From: a virus
Direction: 5' to 3' (one strand)
DNA length: 64,000 nucleotides
Virus record (IMG/VR): IMGVR_UViG_3300025161_000006
Coordinates: 18,060-82,059 of that record
Under the pieces are notes generated by a model. The model saw only the letters and a list, made by a program, of their open reading frames with translations. It did no database searches and was not told the origin of the DNA. Numbering within the stretch: the first letter of the stretch is position 1; the number at the start of each line of letters is the position of its first letter. Shown one piece after another: positions 58,224-64,000 of this stretch. A program made the translations under genes and the position numbers.

Positions 58224-58438
58224 AACCTGTTGTTTTTATACATTCTTTCCAGCATAATCAGCTTTTCTTCTTCTTCTCTATCCAGCATAAACACTTCTTC
58301 AACGTCATCAACAGTGTAGGTAGTATGGTACTTAGAGTTTATTATCTTTACAAGCTCTTCTGTAGTACTAACAGAAGAGCACTCTTGCTGTACTAATCTG
58401 ATTAATACAGCAAGAGCTTTAAGCCCTTCTATATTCAT
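58220..58438 (-). CDS. Hypothetical protein
   Basis: 72-aa ORF, ATGA-coupled. Confidence 0.55.
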   Translation of the reverse strand: MNIEGLKALAVLIRLVQQECSSVSTTEELVKIINSKYHTTYTVDDVEEVFMLDREEEEKLIMLERMYKNNRL

Positions 58439-58446
58439 ATATGTTT

Positions 58447-58680
58447 TTATAGTTCTCTGAAAATGTAAATAAGAAACCCATCCGTGGGTTCAGATGATAA
58501 GTACTTGAACCCTCTTCTTTCTATCTCTGCAATCTCACCACCACCAAGGGGTTCATTGTAAGGTACTTCCAGCTTGTAAAATTTAAACTCTTTGCAGTAT
58601 CTTAAACTATTGATACGCGAGTTTACTGAGTCTTCAATGTAATCCATAGTATAGTCAATTTCAGGTTCCATATACCACAA
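58447..58680 (-). CDS. Hypothetical protein
   Basis: 77-aa ORF. Confidence 0.55.
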   Translation of the reverse strand: MWYMEPEIDYTMDYIEDSVNSRINSLRYCKEFKFYKLEVPYNEPLGGGEIAEIERRGFKYLSSEPTDGFLIYIFREL

Positions 58681-58700
58681 AGTTAATAATTAAATCGAAA

Positions 58701-59942
58701 TTACAAAATCTGTTGTAACTCATTAAGGCTCTCTACCTTAACAATATCAACCTTTGCAGGGTCAATACTGTCAGCATTAAACACTGCATTAAGCAGCCAA
58801 TTTTCTGACTGAGTCTCTTGAGGTACAACATAGATGATAGTAGCTACTTCATGTACAGGCAATCTATCAGTTCTCCCTGCCTTCTGACTTGCCTGCACTT
58901 CAGAGCCATTGAAACTTTCCATGATGGCAAACCTTGGACTTTTAAGGTTTACTCCCATAGCAAGAGAAGAACAGCTTGCCAATACTTTAATCCTATCTTC
59001 ATTAAAATCCTGTATTCTCTTGATATTTACATCCTTAGGATTCTTAGAGTGTACTGTAGGTACACCTATTCTTTCTGCCTGGCTTATTAACTCAGAGAAT
59101 ACAAGGGTTTTAGCTGTAGGATATTTCTCTTCTATCATACGCAGTATTTGTCTTGTGTAGTGCAGTGAAGATGTAAGAGAGTTAAGAAATTCTCTTCTTG
59201 CTTTAACTGCATATACATAAGCATAAGCCTTCTTTCTTGCTTCTGCGGGAGCTTCAGGATTGTTAATAAGAGTAAAGGCTGTTCCAAGCACATCAAATCC
59301 ATTTGTAAAGGGCAACATGTCAGCCTTAGCTTCATTAACCTTGTCTGTAAGGTATTCATATTGCCTTAACTCCCCTGTACTCCATGATTTCTTTGCAGTG
59401 GTTACTTTGACAAATACATTGTTAGATAGTGCATAAGAGAAAATAATATACCTTCTCTTATTGATAATCCCATCAATAGCAGCGTCAATATACTTATACA
59501 CAATAGGGCAATATCTGGCATACATAGCAGCTTTATCTGGCTTGCTATTATCTGGTGTACCCGTAAGTCCTATGATAGGTATGCCAAGACGGCTCATATT
59601 CTCTATCAAAGTACCATATTCAGGAGTCATAGCAGTATGAATCTCATCAACAATGAGCATATCATATTGAGACAGTTCTGCAGGAGTCCACTTGTATGCA
59701 GTTTGTATATTACAGATTGTAAATCTTGTGTCAGTGCGCACTTTAGATAGCTCATCATTCCACTCTTTAGCAATAGCAGTACGTGGCGATACAACCAGAA
59801 CATTCTTTTTCTGAGCTTTTGAAGCTGCAAGAATGCCTACTCTGGTCTTGCCAAAGCCTGTATTTGCTACAATAGTTCCATTAAATCCAAATTTAGCAAG
59901 CCTGTTGACAGCCTCTTGTTGAAGTTCTTCACGAGTTTTCAT
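58701..59942 (-). CDS. Superfamily 2 (DExH) helicase
   Basis: TGFGKT, DEIH, LTGT, MGVN, QKAGRTDR. Likely start MKTREE at 59942. Confidence 0.9.
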   Translation of the reverse strand: MKTREELQQEAVNRLAKFGFNGTIVANTGFGKTRVGILAASKAQKKNVLVVSPRTAIAKEWNDELSKVRTDTRFTICNIQTAYKWTPAELSQYDMLIVDEIHTAMTPEYGTLIENMSRLGIPIIGLTGTPDNSKPDKAAMYARYCPIVYKYIDAAIDGIINKRRYIIFSYALSNNVFVKVTTAKKSWSTGELRQYEYLTDKVNEAKADMLPFTNGFDVLGTAFTLINNPEAPAEARKKAYAYVYAVKARREFLNSLTSSLHYTRQILRMIEEKYPTAKTLVFSELISQAERIGVPTVHSKNPKDVNIKRIQDFNEDRIKVLASCSSLAMGVNLKSPRFAIMESFNGSEVQASQKAGRTDRLPVHEVATIIYVVPQETQSENWLLNAVFNADSIDPAKVDIVKVESLNELQQIL

Positions 59943-59961
59943 ATTGGGACAAATGTTATAA

Positions 59962-60150
59962 CTAAACTCTATTAAGCCAATCACCTAGTAATTTAAAATC
60001 ACATTCTGATAATTTGTCTACTCCATCCATAGACCACATTTTTCTAAATTCTTCAGGGTCAAACCATTCAATTTTATTCTCATTTTCTTCAGGATTAATC
60101 CTTTCATTTTTATTCTCATCTTCATTGATGCTGTTAATTTCGCTTTTCAT
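59962..60150 (-). CDS. Small AT-rich hypothetical protein or gene remnant
   Basis: Likely start MKSEINS at 60150. Contains WFDPEEF. Confidence 0.4.
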   Translation of the reverse strand: MKSEINSINEDENKNERINPEENENKIEWFDPEEFRKMWSMDGVDKLSECDFKLLGDWLNRV

Positions 60151-60206
60151 AGTAGTAAATTTAATTGATTTTAAATTAAATTTTTCTATAACAACGGGAA
60201 TTGATT

Positions 60207-62117
60207 TTACTTCTCCCAATAGTTAGAAATTTTAATGTCTACCTTAACAGGTATAGATGTAATAACTTCCTTTGCTGCACTTATCATAATCTCCTGTAAT
60301 CTATCTGCCCATAGCTGAGCATAGTCTTCTCTTACCTCGTATTGAAGTTCATCATACACGCTCATTATCAGATGTGCTGGTATATTATGTTCTTCTATAT
60401 ACCTATCGGCAAGAATAATAGCACGCTTTAATATATCAGCACTACTACCCTGTACAGGAGTATTCTTGGATTCTCTTTCTATAGATGAGAGATTAATATG
60501 GTCTTGCTTAGTTAAAGACTTGCTTGTCTTATACTTAGCATACTCTTCTCTCCAATCAGAGAACCATCTTATCCTTCCATAGGGTTGTGATGTTCTGATA
60601 AATCCTCTTAGCTTACCCAATTCTCCTATGTAGTCAAGGAATTGCTTTACTCTTGGTACTAAGGAGAAGAAAGTATTGATGAATCTATCAGCATCATCTA
60701 CAGGGATATTCAGGATAGTAGCAATTTTATGCTTGGAAGCACCATAGACTAGTGCAAAGTCTATAGTCTTCTGAGCATCCCTGTATGTGATAGAAGGATT
60801 AAAGGGCAAAGGCTTTCTTACATCTATGATAGGAATGTTGAAGGTCATAGCACATAACTTGGAATGTAAGTCTTCTTCCTTGTTAAATACTTCAAGCCAC
60901 AGAGGGTCTTGACTAAACTGTGCTATTAGTCTTAACTCAATGTTAGAAAAGTCACCACCAACAATCTTATACCCTGGAGCAGCTATAAAGCAACTTCTTA
61001 TTACCTTGCCTAGTTCTCCTTTCCTTGGAATATTGTTGATATTAGGATTCTCAGTACTTATTCTTCCTGCAGCAAGTATTTGCCATATGTTTGTATGTAC
61101 ACGCTGAGTAACAGGATTTATATATTCAAGAAAGGACTTGCCAAAAGAGCTGTTTAGCTTACCCCATTCACTATATTGAAGTAACTTAGGAATAATAGGG
61201 TGCTTGCTCTGTAGCAATCTTAACTCATTACTATCTGTGGAAGTAACATTTATTCCTAACATCTTGAGTAACTCAAGCTTCTGCTTAGAGGAACTCCAAT
61301 TTATAGTTACTTTTCTCTCAGCTACATTTGAGGAAAATAAATCAAGTTGCTGTGCTGGTTTTATAAACTTATTAAGCTTGGGATTTACTTTTGCCTGCTC
61401 TATGACTATATCATCCAGCCCTTTCTCTATTGAACTTACCTTATCCTGTATAGTCTTAATCACTTCATTCCATCGTGGTATATCTATTAATACACCATGA
61501 TATTCCATCTTTGCATAGGCAATAGTAACTTCATTTTCAAGTTCAAGAATCCTATCAAGCTTGAAGTTCTTTATCAGTAAAAGCTGCTTATCTCTTATAT
61601 CATGCAAGAATCTTACATCATAAGCAGCATAGAGAATAGTAGATTCTACTAATCCCTTGAATCTCATCTTGCCTCTTTCTTCTTTACTCAGGTCTATATC
61701 AAGATAGTTCTTACATAAAGCTTTGAGACTTAGCTCTCTACTATCTTTATCATAACCTGTAGTAAGAATACACTCAGCAAGAAACGTATCATATACTTTA
61801 CGTATATGTATATTATGGTGTAACAGAAATCTCAAATCAAATTTAGCGTTATGGAATATAAAGGTCTTATCTTTATCTTCCAACAGAGGTTTGAACTCCT
61901 CCAATTTTACTGAAGCATAATCAATTACGTATTGATTTTCAGGTGTACCCAATTGTATAGTTTGAAGTATACCTGTGTATGGGTCCATTGATGTAGTTTC
62001 AGTATCTACTGCTATCAATGGATAAGTACTTAGATAGTCTATACACTGCTGTACTGTGCATAGGGTTATCTTATCACTATCTAAGTCAGCTCGTTGATTA
62101 GTTATTAAATATACCAT
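60207..62117 (-). CDS. polA: DNA polymerase family A with 3'-5' exonuclease
   Basis: DTET, HNAKFD, YAAYD. Motif A DFSNIELR, motif B RDAQKTIDFALVYG, motif C VYDE. Confidence 0.95.
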   Translation of the reverse strand: MVYLITNQRADLDSDKITLCTVQQCIDYLSTYPLIAVDTETTSMDPYTGILQTIQLGTPENQYVIDYASVKLEEFKPLLEDKDKTFIFHNAKFDLRFLLHHNIHIRKVYDTFLAECILTTGYDKDSRELSLKALCKNYLDIDLSKEERGKMRFKGLVESTILYAAYDVRFLHDIRDKQLLLIKNFKLDRILELENEVTIAYAKMEYHGVLIDIPRWNEVIKTIQDKVSSIEKGLDDIVIEQAKVNPKLNKFIKPAQQLDLFSSNVAERKVTINWSSSKQKLELLKMLGINVTSTDSNELRLLQSKHPIIPKLLQYSEWGKLNSSFGKSFLEYINPVTQRVHTNIWQILAAGRISTENPNINNIPRKGELGKVIRSCFIAAPGYKIVGGDFSNIELRLIAQFSQDPLWLEVFNKEEDLHSKLCAMTFNIPIIDVRKPLPFNPSITYRDAQKTIDFALVYGASKHKIATILNIPVDDADRFINTFFSLVPRVKQFLDYIGELGKLRGFIRTSQPYGRIRWFSDWREEYAKYKTSKSLTKQDHINLSSIERESKNTPVQGSSADILKRAIILADRYIEEHNIPAHLIMSVYDELQYEVREDYAQLWADRLQEIMISAAKEVITSIPVKVDIKISNYWEK

Positions 62118-62134
62118 ATAGTTTAGATATTAAG

Positions 62135-62165
62135 TAAGGGAGGGCACTTATGTGCCACTCCCTTA
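62135..62165 (-). terminator. Hairpin, probable terminator
   Basis: TAAGGGAG-GGCAC-TTAT-GTGCC-A-CTCCCTTA immediately downstream of the 62174 stop. Confidence 0.6.
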
Positions 62166-62173
62166 AGTTGCTT

Positions 62174-62644
62174 CTAACGAGTAAAGTCAGTCTTTACAGC
62201 AGCTGCTTTGGCAGGCTGTGCAGTAGTAGTGCTACTGGGGTCATTACTGAGGAAGTCATCATCTTCAACAGACCCTTCAGGCACTACAATGACACGCCGA
62301 TAGATTGGCTCACCATTGTGAGTCATAATGGCCCCAGTGGTAGGATTAATCTTGGCATCCTGCCCTTCATAGAAGGGTTGAGTAGATTCCTTGACAATCA
62401 GTTTAACTGGAGTAACCTTTTCAGAGAAGTCATCTCCTTCTTTGAGATTGTACTTCCTGATAAGGTTTTCCAGGTCTTTGACTCTACCACGCACACCTGC
62501 CACCCTCTTATCCTGAGTGAGAAATCCCGAATCATTCAGCTTCATGCCTTCATAACGAAGCGGGATAATCCCAAATTCAGGATTGTTCGGAGATACAGCA
62601 ATCAGACTGTCATGTCCCTGAGCTTTGAAAATTACAGCTTTCAT
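62174..62644 (-). CDS. Conserved phage protein, candidate ssDNA-binding protein
   Basis: KINPTTG...GEPIYR, flexible tail, own terminator and a 5' pseudoknot. Function inferred only. Confidence 0.55.
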   Translation of the reverse strand: MKAVIFKAQGHDSLIAVSPNNPEFGIIPLRYEGMKLNDSGFLTQDKRVAGVRGRVKDLENLIRKYNLKEGDDFSEKVTPVKLIVKESTQPFYEGQDAKINPTTGAIMTHNGEPIYRRVIVVPEGSVEDDDFLSNDPSSTTTAQPAKAAAVKTDFTR

Positions 62645-62677
62645 AGTACTAGAGTTTAAAAGATTATATAAAAATAT

Positions 62678-62714
62678 GCAGGTCTTTATTTATAGACGCG
62701 ACCTGCTTTACGTC
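62678..62714 (-). promoter_or_regulatory. H-type mRNA pseudoknot (5-bp + 7-bp stems) in a 5' leader
   Basis: GACGU-aaa-GCAGGUC-GCGUC-uauaaauaaa-GACCUGC, 33 nt before the AUG. Confidence 0.65.
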
Positions 62715-62721
62715 ATATATC

Positions 62722-62892
62722 TTAATGGCCTTTCTTAAGCTTCTTAAGAAGAGCCTTTTCTTCAGGGGTCTTTATAAACACCTCCCTATCTATTTCTATC
62801 TTAGGAGGTCTTATGCCTGCTCGTACCATCATATCATCATCCATGGTATCTACAGGCTTATATAACGACCCACCACATATATTTTTTCTCAT
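62722..62892 (-). CDS. Small hypothetical protein (56 aa, not in the ORF track)
   Basis: MRKNICGGSLYKPVDTMDDDMMVRAGIRPPKIEIDREVFIKTPEEKALLKKLKKGH*. Confidence 0.55.
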   Translation of the reverse strand: MRKNICGGSLYKPVDTMDDDMMVRAGIRPPKIEIDREVFIKTPEEKALLKKLKKGH

Positions 62893-62910
62893 GGCTATAA
62901 AATTTTAGGA

Positions 62911-63342
62911 TTAAGCGTATTGTAACAGCACTCTCATCACAGGCAACTCTGATGCTTCAAACTCTATGGGAGTTCCTGCGAGGAACTCTTCCTTGAAGTT
63001 ATTAACTATCAGGGGCATTCTGTGATGATACTTACTTACCTGCCAATTAGCTGGTATAGTTATTAAGGCAAACTCATTTTGCCTGCTATATATACCACCA
63101 AGCAGTAGATTAGAGTCAGGTAAGGAGAATCTCACCTTACCTTCATAGAAGCTATCTACCTCCAGGATACACCTATTGGAAGATATGGGTCTCCAGATAT
63201 TGCCAAGTTTTTCAAACCTGGCATTATAAATTCTTCCATTGTCAAACCCAAACTTCATAGTGATAGGTCCATTGGGAGTATATACAGTGGTGAGAGTACC
63301 TGGTACAACAGGTACTCCCCCCTTAGAAGTTCTTCCGCACAT
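62911..63342 (-). CDS. SRAP (YedK/HMCES-like) abasic-site processing protein
   Basis: N-terminal MCGR, YNARFE, FYE, HHRMPLI. Confidence 0.9.
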   Translation of the reverse strand: MCGRTSKGGVPVVPGTLTTVYTPNGPITMKFGFDNGRIYNARFEKLGNIWRPISSNRCILEVDSFYEGKVRFSLPDSNLLLGGIYSRQNEFALITIPANWQVSKYHHRMPLIVNNFKEEFLAGTPIEFEASELPVMRVLLQYA

Positions 63343-63343
63343 G

Positions 63344-63589
63344 TTACATCAAATCTTCTGCGTCGAACTTAGTACTGATAATCCCATATTGAAAAGCTGT
63401 ATATATAGCTTCATATGTGGTCAGCTTTTCTGCCAGAGCCTTGAGTATCTGGGACTTTATAGGACAGTTAAACATTAAATCAGCTAGCAGCCCAGCGAGC
63501 TCAGCATTTTTCTCTTTTGATATACCCATTGACTCAGTTAAAGAGTCAGTGTCGGGTAAATTCTGTTTTTTAGATTCCATAGATTCCAT
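63344..63589 (-). CDS. Hypothetical protein
   Basis: 81 aa, similar to the ATA-start ORF at 43958-44188. Confidence 0.6.
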   Translation of the reverse strand: MESMESKKQNLPDTDSLTESMGISKEKNAELAGLLADLMFNCPIKSQILKALAEKLTTYEAIYTAFQYGIISTKFDAEDLM

Positions 63590-63632
63590 AATTACAAGTT
63601 TTTAAAGGTTATTAATTAAGGACAACTAGGAA

Positions 63633-63857
63633 TCAAGCTTTAATGACAGTATGTATGTCATCTTCAGTGTATCCAGGGTACATAGTTACCCACATACCCC
63701 TGCATGTATGCAGGAAGGAATCATCTTTATCACACTGATACTTAGTACCAATGTGCTTACCTTCCTTGTTCAGATAGAATTCAACTGCAAGTACTTCCCC
63801 TGGTCTGGAGAATCTTGCAAATTCTTTTTTAAAAAATTCCATATCTACATTATTCAT
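63633..63857 (-). CDS. Hypothetical protein
   Basis: 74-aa ORF. Confidence 0.55.
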   Translation of the reverse strand: MNNVDMEFFKKEFARFSRPGEVLAVEFYLNKEGKHIGTKYQCDKDDSFLHTCRGMWVTMYPGYTEDDIHTVIKA

Positions 63858-63867
63858 AGGTATTATA

Positions 63868-63933
63868 CTAACCAGATTTTGTTATAACAGCCTGATAGGT
63901 AATCTGGTTAGATTTATATAACCTATCAGGCTG
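63868..63933 (-). promoter_or_regulatory. Interleaved inverted repeats, H-type pseudoknot (13 bp + 11 bp)
   Basis: 63888-63900 pairs with 63921-63933, and 63868-63878 pairs with 63901-63911, both perfect. Confidence 0.7.
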
Positions 63934-63947
63934 AAAATTTAGGTATA

Positions 63948-64000
63948 TTACTTAGGCATATCACCAATTTCATCCAGGTATTCTGATGCCTCAGAAGATA
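63948..64000 (-). CDS. C-terminal end of a gene truncated by the window edge
   Basis: ...SSEASEYLDEIGDMPK*. Confidence 0.4.
   Translation of the reverse strand, partial: SSEASEYLDEIGDMPK

Noticed and set aside
60207-62117. Intein or intron in polA, helicases or RNAP
   Set aside because: PolA and helicase lengths are normal with contiguous motifs. I saw no intein splice motifs or homing endonuclease ORFs.
35689-63887. Plus-strand ORFs within the replication module (e.g. 62150-62659)
   Set aside because: They are antisense shadows of well-supported - strand genes.
1-64000. Stop-codon reassignment (TAG or TGA), known in some crAss-like phages
   Set aside because: Very long genes are uninterrupted in code 11. 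TAG (1180, 7984) and TGA (ATGA overlaps) end genes at sensible boundaries.
1-64000. tRNA, rRNA or integrase genes
   Set aside because: Intergenic gaps are short and none shows a cloverleaf with a T-loop. No recombinase motifs seen.

Overview
This window is about two thirds of a crAss-like (Crassvirales-type) phage genome, in standard genetic code, most likely infecting a Bacteroidota host. The host inference rests on TAnnTTTG promoters, signal peptides cleaved before Gln, and AU-rich translation starts without Shine-Dalgarno sites. Positions 1-35.6 kb (+) are the late virion module: ring/connector proteins, an auxiliary capsid protein, a lysis cassette, an IHF-like protein, tail tubular and muzzle proteins, and four cargo proteins. 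The cargo proteins include a ~4,330-aa virion RNA polymerase fusion (zincin, DYDID RNAP, permuted SLOG-like tail) and a 1,608-aa protein with a PD-(D/E)XK domain. Positions 35.7-64 kb (-) are the early/replication module: UDG, an AT-rich island of duplicated small genes, an exonuclease, RusA, primase, SSB-like protein, AAA ATPase, DnaB-like helicase, radical SAM, DnaA-C-like protein, SF2 helicase, PolA and SRAP. The strongest candidate for an undescribed system is an apparently complete phage-encoded ubiquitin-like conjugation operon (Ubl, E2-like, JAB, E1/ThiF, unknown) at 46.9-50.8 kb inside the replication block. Other highlights are two H-type mRNA pseudoknots (62.7 kb, with T-even gene 32-like geometry, and 63.9 kb), recurrent xx[LDK]GG motifs in a cargo protein, and a 'gene accordion' with variable repeat proteins. 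All family assignments come from motif recognition by eye, and no searches were run.
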